NCBI GenBank assembly: GCA_045632245.1
Contig: JAZQWI010000011.1
Coordinates: 27,850-91,849, forward strand
DNA length: 64,000 bases
Reading direction: 5' to 3'
Source of the DNA: Faecousia sp.
GTDB lineage: Bacteria; Bacillota; Clostridia; Oscillospirales; Oscillospiraceae
In this document: positions 32,201 through 40,821 of the stretch, one piece after another
How positions within the stretch are numbered: the stretch's first letter is position 1
Layout of the letters: each line of letters starts with the position of its first letter
Program-made: the position numbers and the translations under genes
Notes under the pieces: model-generated
Databases searched by the model: none
The model's input: only the letters and a program-made list of their open reading frames with translations
Told to the model about the DNA's origin: nothing

Positions 32201-35200
32201 GAGAAGAACGCACCGTCAGGGTTCCAGCCGCCCATACGTTGCAACACATTCATAGGCGTCAGCTGTTGCATATTAAACAGTTTATCCAGACCTTTTCCCT
32301 TGAAGCTTCCGGACGCCGCTTCGATCTCACGTTTACTGTCCTCGTATACTTCCTCAAAGATACGATTCATTTCATCATTAATCACATTGTTCCGATGATA
32401 AAACTCCTGTTGTAACCCCACGGCAGCCTTATATAGGTCTTGCAATGCACTTACATCCATATCCGCAATCTTCTTATCGTTCAGTCGTGAAACAATCCGC
32501 TCCAATTCCTTAGATGGTAAAAAGTTCGGGTCTTTTTCCTTCGCTTCCTGATACATATCTGCCAAATCGCGCCAGGTTGCATTGTACTTATCGCTCCATC
32601 GCATTTCCTTCGCCGCGCCAACTGCGAATAAGTCAATATCCCCAAGAACCTCATCCCAGGCATCCTTCAGCTCCTCCGGAGCCCTTTGTCTGTTTTTACT
32701 CAGCCATTGCAGTTGCTTCAACGTTTTCTGTTGTAGTTCCTTCAGCATTTTGTTTTCCCGCTGCTGCTCCCGCAACTCCCGTCTATTCTGTTGTTCTTTC
32801 AAACGGCGAGCTTCATTCTTCGCAGCCTGCCGATTCCTGCTTTGAGCCGCGGCCTCTCGTTCCTGCGCAATTTTAGTTCCCGTCCGGTCTCGCAACTTTA
32901 TTTCCAGTCGCGCTTTTTCCGCAAACGTCCGAAGGGCCCAATCCATTTGGCGCTCCATTGCGTCCAGGAATTCCTTTTCCGGCACGTGTTCCTTTCTTGC
33001 CAGTTCCGCAGTATACTCCGGCAAACCAACATTTTGGCTTTTTCCTTCCTCCGCCACCTGAACAATACGTTCCAGCGCAAGTCGCAGATCCGTTTCCTCT
33101 GCATCAAACAATCCCGGCAGCAATTCCGCCATATAGGCATTTACTTGATCAACACCGCTGTCACCTCTGTCAGAAGTAAGATAAATACCTGCCCCAAAGG
33201 CTTGCCGCCGAAAATCATTCCACTCATCACCAAATTCATTTCGCAGTCTTTCACTTACGTAAATACGCCCGCCACGCAAGGCTTCACGTCCGGCAGAGTA
33301 AATATCATCGGCAGGGACTTCCATAACACCGGCTTGATACAAGCGATCAAAAAACCGGCTGCGATCCTCCTCTGCCAGCTCTCCCTTCTTCAGCAATCTG
33401 TCAGCAAAGCCATCCACCATTTTTCCCAATTCTGCGCGTTGACCATCCGGTATTGAGAAATAATTCAGCAAATGCTTACGTAATTCCTGTTTCGCAAGGA
33501 TCGGACGGCTTTCGCTAACAGGTTTTCTCTTTGCCACCTTTTCCTTTTTAGGAACTATCACTTTTGCCGGTTCTGTCCCCTCCGTTTGAAGGTCCCGTTC
33601 CGCCTTTTTCTGAATTGTTTCGGAATCGTGTCGCATTTGCCATTTAAGAGCTTCTATCCTTTTTTGATTGCGGGCAAGAGCTGCAGCTCCTCCGGACTCC
33701 ATCAATTCTCGCTGATAGTCCTCATCCTCCAAACGCTCCAGCTCCTGCTCCATGGCAGAAGTATCGTCAACTGAGAATTTTACCTTATCGGTATAATCGC
33801 CGTTGGCATTCCTTGTTTCTCCAAGATGCTCTAACACATCCTCAGACAACACGCTTTGATGGGTGCTCTTGACAGTTTCTAACAAATCTGCTATACTGAT
33901 GTTGACCGCCTTGATAGGGTAAACTCCCTGGAGCTTCGTGCTCGCCTGGCGGTCTCTTTTTTGTCTCCCGCTGACTGCATGGGTCACATCATATGCTTCT
34001 ATTCCGAAGATATTCTCACCACGCTGCTCCACAGTAACAACTGCAACAAATTCACGGCCATCACTGCCAATGGCATACGTTGCCATTGCGTATGTGCCGG
34101 TCACCCCCTCCGCTTTATTGTGCAGAGCATTGATCGGCACCGCATTTTGGACTACATTACCAATCACTGCACCCAAGCGCGCATTGGTGAGCAATCGCTT
34201 AATGTCACCGTTTAAGCCATGACGAACGCTTTGCTTGTCTACTCTTAAAATTCGTCCAGTATACATATTCCGCACAAACACCTGCCCCTCCCGTTCCGTT
34301 CCTACGGACCGGGCATTTTTTATTCCTTGTTCAACAACATCATATGTATCCACCCTATTATCAAACGAATTTCTCACTTCCGACACATCCGGCAAATTCA
34401 CAGTCTTCATATCAGGAAGAGACGTCAGAAAATCATAGCTGTAAATCTTGCTGTCTTCAGCCATATTTACACCATCATAAATATTCATCCGTACCATCCC
34501 GGTTTCATTGTCATACCTGCCCTCAAATTGCGCCTGATTCAATTCCTGCAAAGAAACATCCTGCCACGGCACCAATTTTTCAACACTTCGCTGCTCATCG
34601 GCGGAATACTTTGCCCCACCATTCTCAATCGCTTGGGAATTTGGCCCGTTTGTTTGCTTTGTCCCATTTTCCTGGTGGGAGCTCCGTTTTGCATCTGTTT
34701 CCGCTACGCCCTTGCGCACAGTCTCTGTATATCGCGTAGCCTTCACGCCAAAAGCATTGACACCGGCATAGGCATCCGCTAAAAGCTCCTCCCATACCGC
34801 CTCAGTATATGCTTCCACAAACTCTGCTTCCGTCATACCCTCCGGATCTACAATACCCATCAGCCGCTCCTTATAGGTGTCTAAAATCACTTCCACTTCT
34901 TCCTCAGAATGATTTTGCAGAATTTGGTTTGCTAACTGACGAACAATTCCTCTACCCCTCTTAGACCTCACAATCTCATGGAACAATTCATGATCAGCAA
35001 TTTGTTTCGGGGTAATATTCAAATTATCCGCCTGAATAATTACTCTATCATTTGTAATCGCACCACGCACATCCATAGTTCTGCCGCTCTTAGTGCGAAT
35101 TTTCATTTTCCCAAGGATAAAGGTCACTGGCAATCCGGTTTCTTGCTGAATCTCTCTTGCAACCTGTTGAAGCTCTGTATCCCAGTACTCCGCAGGCAAA

Positions 35201-38200
35201 ACCCTCACATTCCTACCTTCAACAGCCTCCGCCACGCCTAAAGTTTGTCCGCTGACGCGTTCCAGCTTTAATGTTGCGGCCAGTCTCTGCCGTTGCTTTA
35301 TGTAACTTAACCCGCTGTCATTTTCAATCGTTTCAGCACTTCTGCCTTGATTATCGGCCAGTTTTCCTCTAAGCACGGATCCGGTTTCCCCGTTCTCTGC
35401 GCTTCCGCCCATTCCTCCAGCTTGCTGGCCGGAACGTTGACCAGATACCCCTCCGCGCTCTCCATCAGAAACAGCGGCTCGTCCGATGTTTCCTTGGCCT
35501 GCTGCGAGATCTGCTGCGCCAACCGGCTGATTTCCTGCTGCTTGTCCATTTTGATTTCCTCCTTCATTGTTGACATTTTTAGAATTATTGGATATATTAA
35601 TATTAGAAGCAGAGTCCTTGGTCGTGGCAAGAGAGCCGTTTTTCGGTGACTCCCCCGACGGGGTGGACTCTGCTTCATTTACCATTTCAGGCAAAATAAA
35701 CACAGATCCATCCGGCGTCAAAATTCGATGCACCTTGTAATGATTCCCGTCTGTTTTCTTTACAACAACAGCCATATTGCCGCGTTCGCCATTGATTGTA
35801 ACTGGCGCAGCAATTGTAACTGTTCCATAATCCCTACCCTTGTGATTGCTGCGAGTTGTTATCTCAACGCCGTTCTTTAACACATGTGGGATTGCCTCAA
35901 ACGCAGCTTCCTCTGCAGTTCCTCTCTTAAAATAATTGAATGCATTTTTTAGCCGCTTCTTTGCAAAGTCAATAATTCCAAATCCCTTGCGCTCCACCTG
36001 ATAACCAGTGGGGCGCAATTTCTCTAATACCCACTGTTTTTTTTCAGCAATATCCATTGCGAAATACTCTGACGGCATCTGGATTTCTGCCTGTGGGTCC
36101 ATTGCATCTAACAAAGCCTTATTATTACGGATTTGGTCTTTAATACCATATGCATCGTCTTCTGTTCCTCCGACTATATCCTCATGAATATTATTCTGTG
36201 CAGTCGGAATATTTGTTAAATTATTCTCCGTCAACTGCATAGCCGTCTCACGGTACAGGGCGCCGACCTCCGCCACAGAAAACTCTTTTCCCGCAGCAAG
36301 CTTCTTCTGCGCAGTCTCAGCCAAATGCCGGGCTTCTGTGGTCTCAGGCAGCTTCATCGCCTGCTGGATTACATAATCCAATTCCGCTTTGAAGTTCTCC
36401 TTCGCCATCGCCGCTTTGCCCATAGACATATTCGCCTTACGCTCATTCGTTATCTCAGTAATCAAATCAACACCGCCGAACACGCCGCCCATGGCGCCGC
36501 CAAGCAAGGCAGAATACGCTACTTCTTCCCAGTTCACCGAAGCATCATTGTGAAGAATCGCCCTTTGGAAAATCGGTTCTAAAACACTTTGCAACCCTTC
36601 TTCAAACGCCTCCGAGCCAATTTTACCGGCAAGCTGCGCGGAGTATTTTAGAGAGAAGCGAAGAATTGCATTGTCAATTCCCGAAACAGCCTTTGTCGCC
36701 ATCTTGCTCACCGCACCACTCGTACCACCCAATGCGTCAATGCCACCGATGAGCTTTTCAAGAACAACCTCAGAAACACCAACCATCATGCCGTAGGTCA
36801 GCGCCTTATCCTTGCCATAACCCTGATTTAACATTTGCTGATATGCTGAACCGCCGGCACTAACGCCGAGTGTCGCTCTGCCCACAGTTCCTGCAACCGA
36901 CGCTGCGCCTGCCGCCCCAAGCGACGGTTTAAGCAATCCCTTTGTTAAATAAGCGGCCAATATAGACGGCGCCATATATGAAACAGTAGTTATGGTGTCA
37001 TACGCTGCTTGTCCCAATGTGCCGCCACCCAACCAATCAGGAAGCTTTGCTCCATTTTTCCCAAGTTCTTCCCGAATAACTCCGGACGCGAACTGTGTTG
37101 CCGAAGTCGGAATATAGTTATCATCACTAAACAAGCCTTTAATTGCGCTACTCATTCCGGAACCAAGCTTATCAAGGGCAGCTCCCACGCCGAATAAGTA
37201 ACGCAATACAGGCTTGTCCTTAATATCACCGCCCAGCTTATTGCCGGCGCGGTGATTTAGGTCTTCCTGGATGCTTTCGAAATACTTCTTCGCCATTTCT
37301 TTTCCATTTTTATTGTAATGGTAATTATAAATAGCAATTTCTTCCGCTGTCATCTGTTCCGGATGCGTTGAATCCGCCAAAGCATAAGGATCTGTCGCCC
37401 CTTTGTTGATAGCTAAATAGCGTATTGCTTCTCTGTCAACATCCGATGTATCAACAAATCCGCTGTAATTGGAAAAATCCGCATTATTGACAACCATAGA
37501 CAGTTTATTCCACTCCTGGATGCGTTTGGCATTATTTATATATGTTGTCTTCCAATTATATTCCTCTTCCATTTCAGCGAGCTGGCGTTCCAGAACTTTT
37601 ACCTGCTCATGGTATTGACGTTGCAGATTCTTATCATTTGTACTGCGAATCGCATTGCCCCACTTTTCCATCTGCTCAGGGATACCAAACTCAATTTGGT
37701 ATTTCATATCCTCCAGCTCGCGCTCACCGGCAGCAATATCATAGTTCAAATACCCCTGCTGGGTTTCATATTCCCGAACAGCTTTGTTGTAGTCCTCCTC
37801 CGTGGCCCACTGAGCATAATAATCCTTCGCCTTGCGGAAACCGCTATCGACATCTAACAGTGCATTGGTAATCTCCGCAATTTGCGTCATAAAGGCATCA
37901 TAATCCTCTTGCTTCATACTCTCCTTATTGGATTTCATGAAGTCAGAAATAGCACGCGCCCGATTCTTGTAATCCTGAATAACGTCAGTGCGAGAATCAT
38001 ATGCGCTGGCAGCATTAGCATACCCAATGCTTTCATAATCCGTATTTGCTTTGGCAAAGAAGTCGTTTACATCGGAAACAAAACTATTCACAAAAGTCTC
38101 ATCCACAGGTGTATTGATGTATAACTTTTTGTCAATCTCCGCCAAATAATCATTAAACTTAGTCGATGTCTTCGTGCCGGTCTGCGCCGTCCGGTTGTTG

Positions 38201-38244
38201 ACCTCTTTGTCAATCGTTGCCAAATAGTCCTTAAATTCACTCAT
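29242..38244 (-). CDS. 3000-aa large polyvalent virion/ejection protein
   Basis: Uninterrupted ORF; Gly/Ala hydrophobic helices, two LPD3/BECR-like alpha+beta domains, HELFH zincin motif, long helical C-terminus; last gene of the structural operon. Confidence 0.8.
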   Translation of the reverse strand: MSEFKDYLATIDKEVNNRTAQTGTKTSTKFNDYLAEIDKKLYINTPVDETFVNSFVSDVNDFFAKANTDYESIGYANAASAYDSRTDVIQDYKNRARAISDFMKSNKESMKQEDYDAFMTQIAEITNALLDVDSGFRKAKDYYAQWATEEDYNKAVREYETQQGYLNYDIAAGERELEDMKYQIEFGIPEQMEKWGNAIRSTNDKNLQRQYHEQVKVLERQLAEMEEEYNWKTTYINNAKRIQEWNKLSMVVNNADFSNYSGFVDTSDVDREAIRYLAINKGATDPYALADSTHPEQMTAEEIAIYNYHYNKNGKEMAKKYFESIQEDLNHRAGNKLGGDIKDKPVLRYLFGVGAALDKLGSGMSSAIKGLFSDDNYIPTSATQFASGVIREELGKNGAKLPDWLGGGTLGQAAYDTITTVSYMAPSILAAYLTKGLLKPSLGAAGAASVAGTVGRATLGVSAGGSAYQQMLNQGYGKDKALTYGMMVGVSEVVLEKLIGGIDALGGTSGAVSKMATKAVSGIDNAILRFSLKYSAQLAGKIGSEAFEEGLQSVLEPIFQRAILHNDASVNWEEVAYSALLGGAMGGVFGGVDLITEITNERKANMSMGKAAMAKENFKAELDYVIQQAMKLPETTEARHLAETAQKKLAAGKEFSVAEVGALYRETAMQLTENNLTNIPTAQNNIHEDIVGGTEDDAYGIKDQIRNNKALLDAMDPQAEIQMPSEYFAMDIAEKKQWVLEKLRPTGYQVERKGFGIIDFAKKRLKNAFNYFKRGTAEEAAFEAIPHVLKNGVEITTRSNHKGRDYGTVTIAAPVTINGERGNMAVVVKKTDGNHYKVHRILTPDGSVFILPEMVNEAESTPSGESPKNGSLATTKDSASNINISNNSKNVNNEGGNQNGQAAGNQPVGAADLAAGQGNIGRAAVSDGERGGVSGQRSGQQAGGMGGSAENGETGSVLRGKLADNQGRSAETIENDSGLSYIKQRQRLAATLKLERVSGQTLGVAEAVEGRNVRVLPAEYWDTELQQVAREIQQETGLPVTFILGKMKIRTKSGRTMDVRGAITNDRVIIQADNLNITPKQIADHELFHEIVRSKRGRGIVRQLANQILQNHSEEEVEVILDTYKERLMGIVDPEGMTEAEFVEAYTEAVWEELLADAYAGVNAFGVKATRYTETVRKGVAETDAKRSSHQENGTKQTNGPNSQAIENGGAKYSADEQRSVEKLVPWQDVSLQELNQAQFEGRYDNETGMVRMNIYDGVNMAEDSKIYSYDFLTSLPDMKTVNLPDVSEVRNSFDNRVDTYDVVEQGIKNARSVGTEREGQVFVRNMYTGRILRVDKQSVRHGLNGDIKRLLTNARLGAVIGNVVQNAVPINALHNKAEGVTGTYAMATYAIGSDGREFVAVVTVEQRGENIFGIEAYDVTHAVSGRQKRDRQASTKLQGVYPIKAVNISIADLLETVKSTHQSVLSEDVLEHLGETRNANGDYTDKVKFSVDDTSAMEQELERLEDEDYQRELMESGGAAALARNQKRIEALKWQMRHDSETIQKKAERDLQTEGTEPAKVIVPKKEKVAKRKPVSESRPILAKQELRKHLLNYFSIPDGQRAELGKMVDGFADRLLKKGELAEEDRSRFFDRLYQAGVMEVPADDIYSAGREALRGGRIYVSERLRNEFGDEWNDFRRQAFGAGIYLTSDRGDSGVDQVNAYMAELLPGLFDAEETDLRLALERIVQVAEEGKSQNVGLPEYTAELARKEHVPEKEFLDAMERQMDWALRTFAEKARLEIKLRDRTGTKIAQEREAAAQSRNRQAAKNEARRLKEQQNRRELREQQRENKMLKELQQKTLKQLQWLSKNRQRAPEELKDAWDEVLGDIDLFAVGAAKEMRWSDKYNATWRDLADMYQEAKEKDPNFLPSKELERIVSRLNDKKIADMDVSALQDLYKAAVGLQQEFYHRNNVINDEMNRIFEEVYEDSKREIEAASGSFKGKGLDKLFNMQQLTPMNVLQRMGGWNPDGAFFSMAKQLERGERDIRAYTVKANRMLETFLQEHQDWVKKCDGQGKSGIWYELEVPELLELGKGDKPIFGDTIKIHMTPAQKVHMYLESKNVDNLRHMVGGRTFADKKLYSEGKRQEALAQGRTVRLAPETVKGIVSKLTEEEKALADVLEKYYNQFATEEINKVSNVLYGYDKAMGKNYAPIYTNQNYTKSELGVFDATAEGVGHMKGRVAYSKNPSYNISAIDAFERHVEQTARFCGMAIPARNWQTLLNWRERDNSTGDVITHKWGDEGKRYIEELIENLQAGTTKKTGAGSVWVEKLLSNYISAVFGGNPSIVLKQLGSIPMAAPYLDFVNFPKPSQVKNIDRELIAKYTQELAWRTMGYATPETKQLKENPNWTQTNKTVKFFIGGGAITAMDGWAASVLWPWAENKVMRDFPELTSGTEAYYQKVAELFENAVSRSQSVSDEIHQSTLRKDKGLFMRAFTMFRSDSAQAYNAIRQKVGEARYYKRAGADKQTQRKANKAAGAAVLSAISGLAWAECISLLNILWKYKGKDYRDEEGELTAESVIGEMAQNLVTSMAGTVVYGEEIAGVLGNIITGEKWYDLEAPGMEQLNVVLNAIMDAGGGIRETVAEAYEVYQNGGDVEEYFNRHGNDILGGIKEIAETAAQYFPGLPVKNVETYLLGLVKWVSPELATAYEDLFATAEKTGLSGLAGGALVMRVADILRVRNLSESEKTAETLAELYEKGYAVAVPGSAPSEVAIDKVERKLNAYQKQVYENIWGSHVEGVLDDVIDSAEFNAADAETQSKILSALYNYASELAKAGVFDDYDVSKSIKTLGAAIETGLPVTQVLTMKVAGVKLEDYVELVENGVLPEKAYELTLEIEGLKPEEDSVRVSDLQKYMEVAGTVWSDEMKAATLETMMTESSYKKYKTALDSGITTYWYFRFLNNIKDLTGDKDRDGNTVSGSLKKKIVNEIDKMDFTRKQKDTLYLLQGYAESGLKDTPWH
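33869..33897 (+). promoter_or_regulatory. Antisense sigma-70 promoter inside the giant gene
   Basis: TTGACA-N17-TATACT with extended TGn. Confidence 0.7.
33904..33962 (+). ncRNA. Putative structured antisense small RNA A
   Basis: GACCGCC/GGCGGTC closing stem, internal hairpins AGGG/CCCT and GAGC/GCTC, then TCTTTTTT; starts 7 nt after the -10. Confidence 0.55.
35307..35549 (-). CDS. Putative overprinted 80-aa protein nested in an alternative frame of the giant gene
   Basis: AAGGAGG SD 8 nt before ATG; protein-like sequence MDKQQEISRL...; the host frame here is a low-complexity linker. Confidence 0.55.
   Translation of the reverse strand: MDKQQEISRLAQQISQQAKETSDEPLFLMESAEGYLVNVPASKLEEWAEAQRTGKPDPCLEENWPIIKAEVLKRLKMTAG
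35570..35598 (+). promoter_or_regulatory. Second antisense sigma-70 promoter inside the giant gene
   Basis: TTGACA-N17-TATATT. Confidence 0.65.
35606..35676 (+). ncRNA. Putative structured antisense small RNA B
   Basis: Perfect 12-bp closing stem GAAGCAGAGTCC/GGACTCTGCTTC enclosing GCCG-TTTTT-CGGT and CCCC-GAC-GGGG hairpins; starts 8 nt after the -10. Confidence 0.55.
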
Positions 38245-38250
38245 GGCTAT

Positions 38251-39177
38251 TTACCTCCCGCCGGGTCCCCACGGCACCATGTTTGCTTTTTGCAACAACC
38301 ACGCTCTTTCCTTTTCTGTAATATCTCCTATTTCAAATGCGATCTCGATTCCGTCTAAAATCGCTTGTCTGGTATATCTACCATCCATGATTCGTTTATT
38401 TAATTCCTCAGCCGCGGTTAATACCGGCTTCCCCCCTTCCTTAATGCCGAGAATCTCCGCCATCTCAGGCGTTGCATATTCTAGCACCTTATACAAGGAA
38501 AGTGCGTTTTCATACTTTTGCTGTTCCGCGGCAAGAAGCGCATCATTTTCAATCTTCTCGTTTTCCTGTTTACGCGCTTCCTCATTAAGATATCTGGTAT
38601 AATCCGCGGCAGATTGCCCCTGATAATTCTCCAACTCCTGCTGTTTTTGTGCAATTTCCTGCAAATATCTGGCATAAGCGTTTTGTTCAAGCTCAGGCAC
38701 TGCATCCGCCAATTTCGCGGCATAATAATCCCCCGCCTGTGTAGCAGCTGTAACCGCATAAGAGCTGGGCACGCCCCCCGTGGCTGCCGACGCTTTGGCA
38801 ATTGCGTCCTCTGATGCCCGTTCACCTTCCCGCAAATATGTTTTCTTAAACGCTTGGTAATTTGGGTCTTTTTCCTTGTCATATGAAAAATCAGCAGGAT
38901 TTCCCACTTCATTGAGAAGTCCGGTAATTTTATCACCATAAGGGTCCACATAAGTGCTCTGCACACTTCCATATGTTTTGCGCAGTTGATCAGCCGCGGT
39001 GCGCGCCAGCAATCTGGCTTCATCCGAGGTCGCAGAATCCTCATCCTGCATCAGTTTAAGCATGCTCAGACCATATTCCGGATTGCTTTGGGCAATCTGC
39101 AAATCATTTTTTCCAAAACGATTAAGCCGGCCGGATGCATTTGCCGCTTTAATAAAATCGTCGTATGTATATGCCAT
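38251..39177 (-). CDS. Phage virion protein, probable ejection/pilot protein
   Basis: Ala/Gln-rich helical protein with FSYD..DPNYQ and GGVPSSYA motifs, directly upstream of the giant gene. Confidence 0.55.
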   Translation of the reverse strand: MAYTYDDFIKAANASGRLNRFGKNDLQIAQSNPEYGLSMLKLMQDEDSATSDEARLLARTAADQLRKTYGSVQSTYVDPYGDKITGLLNEVGNPADFSYDKEKDPNYQAFKKTYLREGERASEDAIAKASAATGGVPSSYAVTAATQAGDYYAAKLADAVPELEQNAYARYLQEIAQKQQELENYQGQSAADYTRYLNEEARKQENEKIENDALLAAEQQKYENALSLYKVLEYATPEMAEILGIKEGGKPVLTAAEELNKRIMDGRYTRQAILDGIEIAFEIGDITEKERAWLLQKANMVPWGPGGR

Positions 39178-39192
39178 TTTATTTTCCTCCCA

Positions 39193-40809
39193 TCATTGGC
39201 TCGAACCAACGTAAAATTCTCTGGTCAGTGAGTATATGTAACACTGTCCCACACCCTCTAACCTTAATCGGTAATGGTCACACCGTCGGGGAATAACCGG
39301 CAGTGTTAAGCTTTTCTTGTGTTCCGCCCGAAGTTCGTGGCCTACTTTTTCCCAAATGCCGCAGCTGTCATATTGGATCATCACCTGCATATTAGCTCCC
39401 GCTTCAAGCTCCAAGCGAATCTGCAAACTGCTGATGCCTTTTTGATTCGGCTGCTTTTCAGTGATATCACCAAATTCTGCCCACCACGGTACCTGCTCTT
39501 CATTGGAACCATAGGTTGTAAGCAAATCACCATTTGATGTCAGCATATAGAGCTGCCCTTCACATCGAACAAAGCCAACAGCTTCCTGGTCGTCTTCGAT
39601 GTGCCACAATCCCTTTTGCGTATCGTAGACATACAACCGCCACCGGCCGGCGGCATCTTGTAGACTCACATAATATTTCATGCCATCGCTTCCTGCGACA
39701 CCCGCAGTAAATCTTTGGCTGCCCATAGGCTCTCCAACGAAAGACGGGATGCCGCCTTGGTAAGCAGTGATTCCATTTCTGCCAAGATAGAACAGCGTCT
39801 CTCCCGCCACTGCAAGGCTTCTGCCGCCACCTTCGATTACCCCGAGTGTTGCACTATCCACCGTTTGGAAGTTCGAAGGAACAGAGCCGTAGACCTTATA
39901 AATCATATCTTCCTTGAAGAACGTCGGATATCCTCGGTAACTCACGCAGGCAGTAAAGGAGCCGCTGGATCCCGCCTCCCATTGCCAACCGTTCATTTCG
40001 CCGTCCAAATTATACCAGCAGAAGATGTCGCCCAATCTTGCGGCATAAATCGTTCTGCTGTCAGCTCCCCACAGACGGTTATTATGGGTGCAAACGCAAA
40101 CCAAATCAGGCACCCGTCGGGAAATCGTCATCTCTCCATTCTCTTGGTAAGTATCCTCGCCCTCGTTCAATACAAAGGCATTTTCATAAAACCGAAGGTA
40201 GTCCCCATCGATTTCGCGAATCACCAACGTCTTGTTGTTTTCCGGATGCGCTGTGCATCCCTCAATGCTCACACCGTCACCTACCCGAAACAGAGCTTCA
40301 AAATTAGCTCCTTTGCAATAGATCGTATTTGCTTCCGCGTTGGCGCCGGCGTATGTGCCATCCATAAACTGAATCTGCGCTCCTGCCCATTGCGATTCCA
40401 TATCGCCCATAACATCCTCACGAATGTCGTAATACATCTTGTCGGGGAAGATGGCCACAATTCCTTGCAGTTGTGCAAAAAACCTCGTCTGGCCGTTGCA
40501 GGGCTCTCTTAACGCGCCTTTGTCCACCCCGTCAAAATAGAAGTGGTTTTCAGAAACATAGCAAAGCTTTCTCTTGGCGCCATCCTCTTCTGCAATTCCA
40601 CCGGCGGCAAAAATGCCCGCAGGCTCACTGATGTTCGCAACCACGCCTCGTCTGGGTCTGGTCGCCAAAACAGGATAGTGGTCGCTGGTTAAGTTTTGCA
40701 TATCCCACAAACTGCCTTCTCCACCGCCTACGCTGTGGTCCAGCCCAGCAAACTTGACCTGCTGCACCTTCTTAATCCCGCTGGAATATCTCATTTTTGG
40801 TAGCTTCAT
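39193..40809 (-). CDS. Probable tail nozzle/head-closure protein (P22 gp10-like)
   Basis: Beta-rich, DMQNLTSDHYPVLATRP N-terminus, PRRCDHYRLRLEG C-terminus; position in module. Confidence 0.55.
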   Translation of the reverse strand: MKLPKMRYSSGIKKVQQVKFAGLDHSVGGGEGSLWDMQNLTSDHYPVLATRPRRGVVANISEPAGIFAAGGIAEEDGAKRKLCYVSENHFYFDGVDKGALREPCNGQTRFFAQLQGIVAIFPDKMYYDIREDVMGDMESQWAGAQIQFMDGTYAGANAEANTIYCKGANFEALFRVGDGVSIEGCTAHPENNKTLVIREIDGDYLRFYENAFVLNEGEDTYQENGEMTISRRVPDLVCVCTHNNRLWGADSRTIYAARLGDIFCWYNLDGEMNGWQWEAGSSGSFTACVSYRGYPTFFKEDMIYKVYGSVPSNFQTVDSATLGVIEGGGRSLAVAGETLFYLGRNGITAYQGGIPSFVGEPMGSQRFTAGVAGSDGMKYYVSLQDAAGRWRLYVYDTQKGLWHIEDDQEAVGFVRCEGQLYMLTSNGDLLTTYGSNEEQVPWWAEFGDITEKQPNQKGISSLQIRLELEAGANMQVMIQYDSCGIWEKVGHELRAEHKKSLTLPVIPRRCDHYRLRLEGVGQCYIYSLTREFYVGSSQ

Positions 40810-40821
40810 ATTAACCTCCAA

